A DNA stretch of 64,000 nt from Ophelia neglecta (taxonomy: Eukaryota), in assembly GCA_965285935.1 (NCBI GenBank), contig OZ260667.1:49538001-49602000 (forward strand), written 5' to 3'. Of the stretch, positions 35,401 to 48,700 are shown in pieces. How positions within the stretch are numbered: position 1 is the first letter of the stretch; every line of letters begins with the position of its first letter. Below the pieces are notes generated by a model. The model did no database searches. It was given only the letters and a program-made list of their open reading frames with translations, and had not been told where the DNA came from. The translations under genes were made by a program, and so were the position numbers.

Positions 35401-38400
35401 ATGCAATAGCATTTATTTTCTGTTATCTGCTTTTTAAGTGATATAAAACAAGAATTATTTTTTCATATCCACAATGATGCGTCTAGAATCGGTGACCAGA
35501 ATATGATGTGGCCACTTTCAAACTCAGGTCTTTGTTATGTTCTAAAGGATCCCGTATGTACAAAGATAGATGTGTAAAACAATTTGTATTCAAGGAAAAG
35601 CTCAAAAGAAGTCGTCTATTTAGTAAAACCTGTTTTTTTTATGTCCACTTGATCCATCTGCAATCTTCAAATTAAAAAGCTTTCGCCTTTAAATGGAATT
35701 TTATTAAAATGGCAGATGTATTTTCTACCCTATAATCGACATTGTACATAATCATGCCATTTCACTTGACATTTCAACAGTATTGGCGTGGAAGGAGTTA
35801 AGTAAACTATAGGACTCGGCCAGACGATTTTTGTTAGTTGGAATGATACATTAAGAAATGTGGAACTGTAGATTAATTGTGATATAGCTTCTTCCGATCA
35901 GACGCGAGTACCAATAGCGTTCTGGCCCACGTGATATTACGTTGTTAACAGAAAGGAGTACCAGCAGGCAGCGCTACGTTACCAAACGAGTTCCATCAGG
36001 AGGCTAGTCCGTTTGGCATTGTGTTATTAACGGACCGGAAAAACATACGGCCTACGTATTGGTTTCAACACAAATAACAGTAGCTCACCTTTTGAGAAAA
36101 TACTCCCGATGTTCCTAAAATACGGCTGTCATCTGCAGTAGTAGAGGGGTAGTTCTTTAAAGAGGAAGGAAGGATATATGATCAAATCGCAAGCCCACCA
36201 CGTGGTTAACATATATCTCTTTTAAGGGGTTGATGTCCTTGAGTACGCTGATACGTGACTGATCAAGGCAGACGACAGTTTGTTGGTTGCGATGTCCGCA
36301 ATCATATATATCGCACTATGAATTGTGATGGGTTGACGTCTTGCGCATGCACCTGGTCCACTAATAGCCTCCTCCGGCAAATCTGTCAGCAGTAATTGGG
36401 CAAGGAGAGAAGTCTTTCATTGGATTTCTGTTTTACTGTCATATTTACGACATCCCACTGGGCAGTTCTTCCTGACACCCATCACAATTCTACAGGAAGC
36501 TGTCCGGTTTGCGGCAAGCGTCCTTTTGACGCCTTTTCAGCGCGGCATCTCACACAGTATTGCATAGTATAACAGCCTTTTGTCGACTACGCCGGTGAAA
36601 AGTGTGTAGCGCGGCACGAGAATTATCTTCAAGAGTGCCTGCTTTCACCAACTGCCAAATCGCACATGACATTCACGAAATTGGTGAAATCCTTAATTGG
36701 TGCCCATTTCTTCAAGCAAACTGAAATCCCTAACCCTAGCCGAATGTTTCATCATCACAAGTAGAAGTTCTTCGCTGAGCGCAGCCTTCGTATCTGTCTG
36801 ATGCTCCTTTGATTGAGTGCAAATATATTGATATCAAATAGATTCAATTTTCGGATATGGACTCTTGGATGCTAACAGGGCTCGTTTGCTATTCACGGCG
36901 TGGTGATTTATCCGCACCCAACGGGGAATCCAATCAGTTTGCGAACCAGTCGCCCTCAACAAGCCCGCTCAACTGTCATCGCTTCACCATCAGCATCTCT
37001 AACCTGATGGATTGCGCACTCTTCCCAAGATGCAATGTTCCAAATCTCGTCTGCTGACGAGAAGTCATCATGACTGATGCGTTCATTCGCTGCCTGACCA
37101 AGCTTCTCTGCAAGTCGGAGCGGACGAATACAATTACCGATGTTATCCAACTACTTCGAGATGAAAATGAGGTCAGAGGTCGATGAAATATGAGGGCTGC
37201 ACTGTGTGGGGGGAATGCGGGAGTGTGTAGAAGGGTAGATAGTATGGACAAGGCAGCACCCATAGCCGAATCCAGATCTGTTCTAAACGGGCTCAATTTA
37301 TCTTCTAAATGTGATGTGGGTACTTTTTTTCTGTAGTCTAGAGGCTTCCCTCTGGGAATGGAGTCACGGGACACGCATCTCACACCCTGTAAATTCTCGT
37401 CCAGCGGTTCACCAAACGCCACCCCTCCCCCTCCTGAATCTATCAGCACCACTTAACTGTGTTTACGAAACCGTTATCGGAGGGGCTGCCCATGTAATTG
37501 TTTCACATTTTAGAAGTTTCACATTTTATCATTTTGGAAGCAGTCGCGGGTTATAATACAACAGGGGCCCCTTGAAGTCGACCCCTCGCTCACTGGGTAA
37601 CCCTCTTTGGCCATGAATCAAAGCGGCAACCATGAATCAAAGAGGAAGGTCCACTTCAAAAGTACCTTAGTCGGATTAAGAGCCATATGTTCCTATTAGC
37701 TGATAAATCGATGAATGTGGGCAGCACCACCGAGAATGGTTCTAATAAGTAAGGGAATTCGTTGACTGCCAAGCTCTGGTTATGGCCTTGGCATGCAGGT
37801 TTCGAAACAAGCCTATTTTACTTGTTTCACCGGAGTCGGAACCCCGTTCGTTTCAAATAATGCCCGGGTAGTCCGAAGGGAATTCTGGGAGCTATATAAA
37901 TATATTGCAGCCCCTACTTATCGGACATCCTAGATTCACCAATGAAGTGTGTAATACATCGCGGTGTGGGGCCGAGAAAAGCGTTGAAAACGGCGGGTAC
38001 GGATGCACGATATTGGAACGGGTCACCTTGTTTGTGTCTTATAAAGCCGAGGGGATGGGTGGCGTTTCTTCAAAGCGGGGTCTGTCTGGCCCTTCATCTC
38101 ACCTTGTACTAATATCTCTTTCATTAATTTTGTTTGTTAAACTGCACTCGAACGGTTTTATTGTCTAAACACGGATCTAGGTACGTGATTAACTGATCTG
38201 AGCCGCTTTTTTTTTTTATACAAACTGCCTCTGGCAGCCAACAGGGGGTACTTCGCCCTCCCAAACATTGTCAAGTCCAAGCCCCGGGCTGCCGCACCCT
38301 TCATTAACCCTTACCACGATAAAGCACCCCCACGTTCGACATCCTTAGGCCCGATGGTGACGGATGAAGTCTTAAGACGTGTCTGCTTCGATAATACCGG

Positions 38401-41045
38401 AAACACCGTCCAATCTTACTTTTTATTGTAACTAACAATGGCTGCGGTACAGTTATGCCTATAAGAGTGGGTAAGTTCATAATAATGGATGCATTTCTCA
38501 TTGGAGTGTTTAATGGGGACACTTGTGAATAGAATTTTGTTATTCAATAATAATTTTTTCTACTTATCTATTCCACAGTAATGGATTATTATTCTCGAGG
38601 CCTTTTTTTATGCCATTTTTGAATTGTGTATAAACAACAGTGATCTACTTCATCTGAGAGTCTCACAACTGCTTTGAACAGATGGAAACTAGTCGATAAC
38701 GAGGACAGGTGGGACCCAAGCGATAATGAAGGAGTGGCCAATAGGCATTCTGGGAAATCAGATTTCGCCAGAAAACAGTCGTCTGCATAAATTCTCTCTG
38801 CTGCATTCGCAATTCGACCAGATCATAATATAACGGCAGCGCAAGCCTCATTTTCCTACCCTACGTAGCCAGCTCTCTGTTGGGTAATGTGCTGAAGCTG
38901 TGCGAAAAGCATTACCCTCTGCTACCGTACGAACAGTACCATTATCAATGTGATAATACTAAATTTGGCATGTTCTTGTAATGAATAATGTATCTGGTTA
39001 TTGAAGAGAGTTGAACCACATAGTCTCAAAGTAGTTCAGTATTACTGAATTCAACAAAGCTTAGTTTATTCTCACGGCCGTCACAAGTAAGCTAACAAGG
39101 GGAGGTGACATTGGCAAACCCTGCTCTAGATCTGGGGCACTCGCCACATTCACGATTGGCACGATGTCGATCACTGGAATTGACGGCGCTGAGACACTTC
39201 AGCGTCGTCTTTCACAGCAGTCAGCTCCCACGTGATTAATGGCCAAGGTCATGTATCGGCGTCGACTACAAATTAGCGCGTCCGACAAGAAATCCCGCCG
39301 ATTTGTCTGGTGATTAATTCACAGGAACTGTTCAGATTACTCCGCGAAGGAAGGTGTGCTGGCCGCATCTGGAGAATTACAGGGCAGTGATGTGATTGAT
39401 GAACATCCGGGGCCTCAGGGTGAAGGCGTCTGGTAGATCACGTGATACGATTCTTCCGCCGTTGCGCGACCTCTCGATGTAATTTCACCGTCTGCGAGCA
39501 TTTATTGAGTCCCGATGAATGAAGAAATCGATTAATCAATCAGGACATGATTAGCAACCCTAGATTTAGGACCTCCTGATAATGTCAGCTTTCCACACGA
39601 ATTGTATTCATTTGATTCATTCATTGAAGATTTAGTTGAACACTAACTCGGTGAACTTCCTCGCATATTTTTGTACCCAATCTGTGCCTGAGCTGATGGA
39701 CGGTTGTAATTTCAATAAAATCACTCCAAAAGAAGGCCTGTGATGATATATGGACAGGTTTTATTGCCGTACCAGGTCGCTGAGTAGATTGTCGAGGGCC
39801 ACTATTGTCTGCGAGGCTAATTACAGAAACTAAATATCCTTGAGCAGTGTCCGCCATGCTTAGTTGCCTTTAAAATAGTCGATTTAGAGCAGAGGAGAGT
39901 GAGACCTCTTAATCCAAAAAGGTCTATTTACTTTTTAATATAATGCATCATACCATGGAGATAAATTCTTCAAATACTTACGACAGCCTTTTCATACATG
40001 CATTTTTTAAGTCACCCCATGGTGATTGCGCGCTAAAAAAAAGAAAATTCTAAACACAAGGATAAAGTCTGGTAATTTCGCCTGTCTTTAATTACGCGCA
40101 GTAAGTATCCTTATTCCGCGCAAGTTATGCGCGGAATAAGACTATACTTACTGCGCGAAATTAAAGGATGCGGGGAACTACTTGGCGGAATAAGCTTTAT
40201 TCCTGCATGGAGGGAAGTAACCGTCTTATGCGTGGAAATAGCCGACTTTCTGCCCGGAAATGAGTATGCAGGAAAGCAGACGACTTTACCCTTTGGCAGG
40301 GCGCACGAGAAGGCTGTAGCCATTTATACAAATGGCGTCTGCTTTATACATTCAGATTGGACGAAGGTATTGCAAGCATCTCGCACAAATCAATAGAAAA
40401 CGGTTTCCCGATAGTGATTACTTAACCCAAGTTCGATTAAAAACCACTAGCTGAATATTTATGAAAGTGAACTATGAATGTAGTGTATGCCATCCTTCCC
40501 AGACAAACGGGATCCTGGCTCGCGCCTGATCTGATGTTTTTCCTCATCAATAGCTTTGCAAATCGTCTGGTAGAGATTATATTGAAACATTCCTAACTTT
40601 CTTTTTTTCTCATAAGCGCGATAGTTCGACATTCTTTGCATTCTGCACTGGCGTCCTCTAAGGGCACATTAAGATTTTTTTCTGATTGCAATTATTTTAA
40701 GGTCAAAATCGTTTGGGCATTTTCCCTTTTTTTCGACGAAGAGTTCTTCCGCCCCCATTTTTAAGGTGATCATTTAGCATGTACACCGCGTACACTATAA
40801 CGACACCGACATTTTCTCGGAGGCATTTCTGATTAAAAAACATGATTTATTGCGGAATTCCCATACCAATGTTACAGTTAGTAATATATCAAGGCTGGCC
40901 GCTTTGAACCAATAATCAGTCGAAACTGCTTTAAACGGTAAATAATAAAATGAGAGACTGAAGTCATACTACGAGAGAACACTATTAAATGTGTGTAATC
41001 CATGCATGTCTATAAGTTATAGTCCATTGATCAGTTTGAGGCTAG

Positions 41046-41425
41046 GTTGTTGTTGTTGTTGTTTGGGGTTTTACGAGGCTTTCAACTATTATCTGGTCAT
41101 ATCGCCACGGTGCCTACTTGTGACAGTGGGCCAAATGCCCTCTTTAGAGTGCTGCCTCACTGGAGTACCTTCCGTAGACACCAGACATGGAAACCCACCC
41201 AGTCACATTATACTGACACCAGGTCACTGGAGACACCAGACAGGGAACCCCACCCAATCACATTATACTGACACCGGGTTGACCATTCCTGATACTACCC
41301 CCGAAATGCTTAGCGCCTGGCAGGGGAGCTATCAGTACCTATTTTTACTTCTTGGGTTTGACGCGACCGGGATTCGAACCCCGATCTACCACTTAGACAA
41401 CCCTAACCACTCGGCCACGCTTTGG
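41046..41425 (-). mobile_element. tRNA-derived SINE (MetaSINE-like), near full length, with internal core duplication
   Basis: On the minus strand: A-box TGGCCGAGTGG, B-box GGTTCGAATCCC, core GGTGTCAGTATAATGTGA(C/T)TGGGTGGG twice, and a (CAA)n tail. Homologous to 222-521. Confidence 0.85.
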
Positions 41426-41734
41426 TGGTCTTTAAGCTAGGGGTCTGGGGGTGGTTTGTTAGGGAGCTAAGCGCATGGGATCAGTTGGGGGCTGGGAGGC
41501 TAAGGCACATCGCACCGGTCTGTTGTGGTGGGTGGCGACGCATACTGGATATATAGCCACCAGGAAAAAAACCTTGCGTGACCCGACTTCATGTAAATGC
41601 CCATAACTTTAGCTATTATTATTATATTATCAAAATCATTCATTACGTTATTTTCATTTGGGTTTTGACTGATCTGCCAGATGACTGAGATGTTAAAGAG
41701 AAAATAGGCCTTCTTTCCGGTATATAATTTTTGT

Positions 41735-42925
41735 AAGTTTATTCAATCAATGAAACTAGTACAAGCTTGTACATTGAATATACACCGATATTTACCTATA
41801 TGAGATCGGGAGAGTAATATAAAGTCTACCGTTAGTACATAAAATACTGTTAGTACATAAAATAACCATAAACATTATAATAAACTGACATAAACTGACA
41901 TCACTGATTGCTATGAATTTTTAAGGCTTTGTCTATAAATATGGCTAAGTTATTTAAGGTTTTTTTCTAGCCACAGTTAACAAGAGAAATAAATTTATAC
42001 ATGTTAGGCCTCACTCTGAAGTATGGCGGAATATATTTTAGTCTAAGTTGCTGGTATGAGGTACATTCAAAGAGTACATGAAATTCATCTTCAATTTTAC
42101 CACAATGCTGGCAAAGTCTCTGATTATAAGGAACTGGATTCCTACCCCAGGAGCCCGCCTCTACTTTGAGTCTATGATTTCTGGTACGAAACTTACATAT
42201 GGTAGTTACACGGTTACTGGAGAGTCCAGCTGTGACATACTTTGGCAGACTAGTCAAACTAGTATCCTCAATTAAACCCTTGTAAAATATACCCTTAGAA
42301 GATGATGTTAAGTTTCCATCCATATTTTGCTGGGCTGTATCCAATAACCTCTGTTTTAACATAGAAATAAATAACACATCATTCCCCGGCCCCTGTGCGT
42401 CCCACACTTCGCCAAAGCCATATGTAAATAGTAAAGTTTTCACACTTTTTGTCCAGTTGGTAACACCATGGTTTTCCATAAATTGATACAATTTCTTCGT
42501 TAATCTATTACCGTCCATATGGAGTATTTTCAACCAATACTTGACAATTTTTACATATCTACCAACATACAAAGGTGCTCTTCCCATCTCCCTGTAAACA
42601 AACTCGTTCTTTGTATTACTACGTACACACATTAACCTATTACAAAATGCCAAGTGCACTTTCTCAATGTCCGGTGCTAAATGAAAACCCCTGGCTTCTG
42701 AACCATAGGAAAGAACAGGCAGTATAAGTTTGTCAAAAAGTTGAATTCGTTCCGTAATTGAAAATTTAAAACTATAAATGCACTGATAATATTTGAAAAG
42801 AGCTTTGCGTGCTTGTCCAGCAATAGTTTTTTGTGCCACAGTCCAGCTACCGTTTCCAGAAAAAGTAACACCTAAGTAACAGAAATGCTTTACAATCTCC
42901 AATTCAACACCATTATACATAAAAC
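41735..42925 (-). mobile_element. 5'-truncated LINE: 3' end of ORF2 plus 3' UTR
   Basis: 317-aa ORF: EIVKHFCYLGVTF (post-RT), LFDKLILPVLSYGSE, and FRTRNHRLKVEAG...RLCQHCGKIEDEFHVLFEC (C-terminal cysteine/histidine domain). Clade (CR1-like or RTE-X-like) not determined. Confidence 0.9.
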
Positions 42926-43849
42926 TACATGGATATAGAGAGAGAGAAATTGTTGCTTACAAAATAATATCTTAGACTGAGATATGTTGCCGGCTGGAAG
43001 ATTTTTCGACATTTTATGATCAGTGTGGATTCAGAATCAAGTCCAATAAGAACAAACGTTATATAACAGATGTCCAAGAGACATTGGATTCCCGCCAACC
43101 ATAAACGAATATACTTAATCTCGTAAAGTAACGCCGGCGTGGAGACTTGGCGGCCATGTTGATTCACTGGCCCGCCTGGTGGATTTCTCCTCTCACAAGA
43201 CGTAACGTTACTAGTGGTGGCACACATGTACACAGAACCAAAGAAGTGCATATGGTCCTAGGATTGCGCCATCTAGTGTACGCTGTGCTCAGGCCGATGA
43301 AAGAACTAGACATAGGGGAGGGATTGCCCCAGTCTATAGCATCGTGAACTTTCTGTATCGACAAGAGCGTGCTATTGCACTTTAAAAAGAAGTGCTATGC
43401 TATTTGCCCTGTCACCATAATATTTTGAAAGTATATACCCGCTTATAGCTAACACTATTGTATACTTTGAGCACATTTTGGGGTTGAACGCATTTCTTTT
43501 GCTGGTAATCAATTTCCAGCCTGGATCTACCATGATATTTCACTATGATCCATCATTTTATAGTTTTGCTCGATGGGGTGAGGGCGATATTAAGGTAGGT
43601 GGAAGCGAACTGTTAACACTTGCCTCGATTCCTTATCCCTGGATGTCATATAAATTTTGAGCTCAATGATATATTCTACGATTACCATGTTATATGTAGG
43701 CGATCTTACTTTAAATAAATACATTAAATACTCGAAGCATTCGCAATTCATAGGACAGCACATCAAAACACAGACCCCACATATAAACCGGCACTCTCAT
43801 CAGCATATACACCTACTATATCCTACACTACAATATTATAGTTAATTTT

Positions 43850-44545
43850 TTTTATCTCAACAGTTTCTTTTATAAAGATTGACAAATTATTTAGTTTCTT
43901 TCGATTGTTACAATTAAGAAGGTTTACAAATATTAAGATACTAGGTCTAGGCCTATATGATAGCGTGGGATTTATTTTGACCTCAGTTCAGCATACAGAG
44001 AACATTTATGAATACCATGGAATTCATCTTCAATTGCATCACATGTCACACACTTTCTTAAACCATATTCAATCGGTGTCCTACCCCAGGCACCTGTTTT
44101 AACCCTCAGCCAATGGTTCCTAGTTCTGACTATATGCCAAGCCACAGTTCATGTAATTCGGCATTGAGCCAAGGGAGAGATTACTATAAATCCGAGAGAA
44201 GAAACGCCCTGTACTGGAGACAACAAGATTATCGTGCATATTTTCTGAATCTAACAATCTCTGTTTGAATATCAACAGAAACTTGTCACAATCACCCGGC
44301 CCTTGTGCTTCCCATACATTTCCTAAGCTATTGCTATACAACAGTGGTTTCATATTGCTCGCTCAGTTTACAGTAACCTGTTCTTTCATGATCAGATACA
44401 ACTGTTTACATAATCTTGTCCTTTTAACCAGAACTTCACAATTTGGACTGACCTTGAAATAATCAGTGGCACTCGGCCTAATTCTTTGTACACGAATTCG
44501 TTCTTTGTACAGTTTCTTACATATTAATACGCCTGGCAATTGAAG
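43850..44545 (-). mobile_element. Older degraded LINE 3' fragment related to 41735-42925
   Basis: LGNVWEAQGPGD...FKQRLLD, KNEFVYKELGR and IEDEFH-like remnants with stops and frameshifts. Confidence 0.8.
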
Positions 44546-45382
44546 ATGTTATTTACTCAGCAAACTTATTAGGCCGAGCAGATAATATTATGATAATGAG
44601 AGTAATGCGAGAATTTCAGACCGAACTTTTTTGGCCCCGGGATCTAAAATACTGTTTCCCGTGCCAATGCCGCATGCAGTTTGCAGCCAACCAGCCGTAT
44701 CAGTTACAAGGAAAGACTCAGGCTCTCCCAGAAAATATCTACGGTTGATAGGCAACGTTCTGAACGTTTTTCACATATAGAATGGATCTGGTGATTTTCA
44801 ATATGATACATGTACAGATAGGGTGCCACTCTGCTAAAGTTTTAACAGGTTCTTTCTCCCCACTCCCTTAATATTTAAAAACACCTAATTAAGAGAATCC
44901 GACCTTCGAAGAGTCCTTTCAAGTTTATGTACATTCTATTTTGCTGAGACAATGGCATTTTCAATAAGCCCCCTTCGAACCCGGTAAAATAATTTCTTTG
45001 GTCCGGATCCCACGGTACTGGTTGAGATAGTGAGGCTGTGGTGACTTTATTCATCCATCCCACCTATAGGTTATTTGTAGAAATCACTATTCGTAGGGGG
45101 GGGGGGGGGGGCTCGGATTCTATCGACCAGCGGGCAATCTTCCATCTTACTTTGTAATTGGAAGGCGTATAGACATGATGTGAGGCTACTCCGTGAAGGT
45201 CATAGGTACTAAACTCCAGGACATAAATATTGTACTGCGGAAATGTGAAGCATCCCCACAATACATGAGCGCGTTCTCGTACAAAGCCGCGGTCTTATCG
45301 CTTGTAACATTTATCCCATGCCCGAAAGAGAGTGGTGTGCCGACTTCCGACAAATGCTACACAATGATTGCTATGGAGAAAT

Positions 45383-45734
45383 TTCTCGTATTGTTAACTT
45401 CCGTGTAGTAAGAAGTATAATTCCACGCACACAGTGGGAATCCTGGAAAACCTGATACGAGACACGAGGGAAATACGAGATACACAGATACGGAGAAAAT
45501 AAGATAGAGTTAGGATATGGCAGGGTTAGGGGCAGGGTTAAGCTATAAACCTAACTAAATCATTCCCAACTTAACCCTTCACCCTAACCCTAACCTTGTC
45601 TATGTGGCTACGTTTTAAACACCTCGCATCTCGTATCTGTGTCTCGTATCTGGTATTTTGTACCAGGTTTTCCAGTATGCCCACACAGTGCGCTAATAAG
45701 ACTTCTTACTACGCAAAAATTAACAATACGAGAA
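45383..45734. mobile_element. Nested MITEs: inner element 45436-45682 inserted at the centre of an outer palindromic element
   Basis: Outer arms TTCTCGTATTGTTAA/TTAACAATACGAGAA and GTAGTAAGAAGT/ACTTCTTACTAC. Inner TIRs GGGAATCCTGGAAAACCTGATAC/GTACCAGGTTTTCCAGTATGCCC flanked by ACACAGT direct repeats. Confidence 0.8.
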
Positions 45735-48700
45735 CTCATTTTTCTGCGCGAAATAAGCGTAAGCTCTGCGAGTAGGCCTATTAACTCTTCACGGAATTTC
45801 CAGAGTTTCCCTATGTAAACATACGCCACTTGTTCCAACTAGCTAATTATAAGCTGCCATGTTGGTAACATTGTTTAGTGGCAATTGAAATCACCCCCTA
45901 CCCCCACCCCCCTTCATTAGGCGGGAACGTCAATCCGATGACTGCAAAAGGCTTCATTTAAAGAGTGGTGGCACGTGAAAGGAGGGGCGGGGGGTCTAGA
46001 GGGATGGGGTCCTGATCCGGGCGCCCCGTCTAAATCTGCCGCTGTTATATTCCCTTTTATGGATCATGTATTCTTGTGTCGTCTGTCTCTGTGATATAAA
46101 AGGAGCGATTTACCGTGAATCACATGTGACATAAATGCGCCCCTTTCACGATCACGTGGTTGTCCCTGGGGCTTTCTGGTTTCTGTCATCTTGTCAATAT
46201 TTGACACGGCAAAGCCCGGAAGCAAGCTGTGCTCCGAGACATACTGAGTCGAAATTTTACATTTAATCCGATCTGACAGGCGCATTTTATACACGCATCA
46301 TTATTCACATAGCAGACTTGTTCTTTTATTCGGAAGAAATATAGCTACCAAGTGGCGTTGTAGCTGGGGAAATGACACTTTGCACTTCTCGTAGAAGATT
46401 CGACGCACAATGGACAATAACAACTCAGTATCTATCAATTATTCAATAAAAACAGGATAAAGGCGCTTGGTTTGCTCGTAATAATTGTTAAAGGTATAAT
46501 TATAGACCTATATGAACCTATATATAAAATACTGTACACTACAATGTAGGGCATTATAATCGTTTGAATAAGCCACTAATAAAAGTATCGAATCCCCTAT
46601 AAAATAAAGTTACCTTAAAATCAATGGAGAGCATTCATTGTATTCCGTGATGTCGTATTGCTCCGTTATGGTTCAGGTAAACCTATAGAATGTCTGCTGG
46701 CTTCCTGAAAAAGGCAATTGTTATTGTGCTTGGTTAAATATGTGGTCGCCATTCAATTGTCAAACACATCGATGGATTCATTAGACACGATCAGCGTAGT
46801 TAGTTGGTAATAGCCAATCGATGACTCCGATACAACCGACAAGCTGGCTGTCGTCTGCCTTTGAAAAGGTACCATCATTCATCATAACAACAATGGGCAA
46901 ATCCGGGCAATCGATGGGGGAATAGTCAAGTGTGTTAGTTTAGAATATAATAGAATTATTCTAATGATATTGGTAATGGATTATGACTAACAGGTGTTTG
47001 AAACTGCAAATTTGAAAGTCAACTTGGGTTGCTACACATAGGTGGAATATACATTAACCTTCAATGTTCATCATATTAATATCAAGGGACTAAGGCGACT
47101 GTCTTTAAAAACATTTAAACAGCGACGTAAACTCCCGATGTTGGCGAGACCAGTACAATTCAACCTACAAGGCATGAAGAATCTCCGATTTCAGAGGATC
47201 CTTGTCAACATACTCTTATAAGCCAATGCAACTACATGTATCCCTTTTTTGTTTAAACATTGTGGATGGAGAAAGCCCAGTAATCAGTGATAGAAGAGGG
47301 CAAAAGGGAGCTGGGGGATCGGGGATGAGAAGTGGGAGAAGGAGAGGTGGTGGTAGGAGAAAGGGGGGGGGGGGGTGGAGCGGAGTGTGGAATGGGTTCG
47401 TTTTCACCTTCCGCCTTACACCGGACAAAACCGCAACATATATTTATGGGAGACCTCCACATCGAAATTTGCCTCGCTGCATAAGAATCCTTGTAGGGGT
47501 GACTCCGAAGGTCATATCAACTAGTTGACCCTTTGTAGCAAGCTCCAGTGGAGTATTTTCAACAAGAAAAAGCAAATTGGGAAAAAAAACGGGAGTCTAT
47601 ATCCAACAAACAAAGCAAAATCATCCATTCAGAATATTTCATTTAATCGGCCGGAAGTCATTAGGAACTGTGGCAAAGAAAATATAATATCAGTCCGACT
47701 GACATGAACCAGCCTTCAACGCATTAGCTATGTCTGCGAAAAACAAATATAATTGTAATACGACCAACAAGTACGAAATATGTATATAAGTAAATTAATA
47801 GGCATAAATAAGCTAGCAGCTGCTATCGGTTTGAGAAAAACAAAGCCACATGCTACAGCGATCCAATCTACTCGATGCAGCAGCTTTGAGACATGTATAC
47901 AACACTGCAGACAGGAAATGGAAGCGAACGCGACTCCATTTGAATAGCGATTCGCACAGCCCGCTGGCAATGCTATTGCAAGTCTTATCGAGAAAATAAC
48001 AAGATTGAAATCGTGCAGATGTTATAGGCTAGTGTAGAAAGTCTTGAATGACAATCGCGTAAAACTGGTAGCCATAATCAACAAATCATTTCTCGTATTC
48101 AGCAGATCACAATTTTATCTCCAGTATATTGAAAACCAATTTATGTTTCGGAGGCAACTCCAGTTGAACCAGGAAACCAACCGCTCATTGACATTGTACT
48201 ATAGTTTCAGAGAGAAAAGTTTAACTTAATAGCGGGGATCTAGTCACCGTGGGTGCAGCTTGAATCATTGAGTAAATATATACTCTATTACCCCTTTGTG
48301 CGTCGCAAAGAATCTCTTAGAAGAATGTCTTACCTTAGTGCTGGTCAAATGTATCAAACGTGAAAAAATACAGAAACTGAATCCTTAACAACCAGTCTGA
48401 ATGGCTTCGTTGAGCTTTCAAAACGTGAAGCTAAAAGCCATGGATGAGGAAAACAACAGGTAACAACTATATCAAGTAGCGTGGATTAACATAGTTTATC
48501 CAAATCATCTGGTAGAGTATATGAAGCCGAAAGAGTCCGGGAACACCAGCTGTTTTTATGTACCAGGTCATTTCCTGATGCCTAAAGCTCCTCTCGAGCG
48601 CTCTGAGCCCCCTAGAAGATTCGACAGTCCTTGAACAAATTGGGCAGTCTAGCGGTTCTGGGGACCAGCCGTGTGGCCACGGAATGGCCACTCTCAATAC

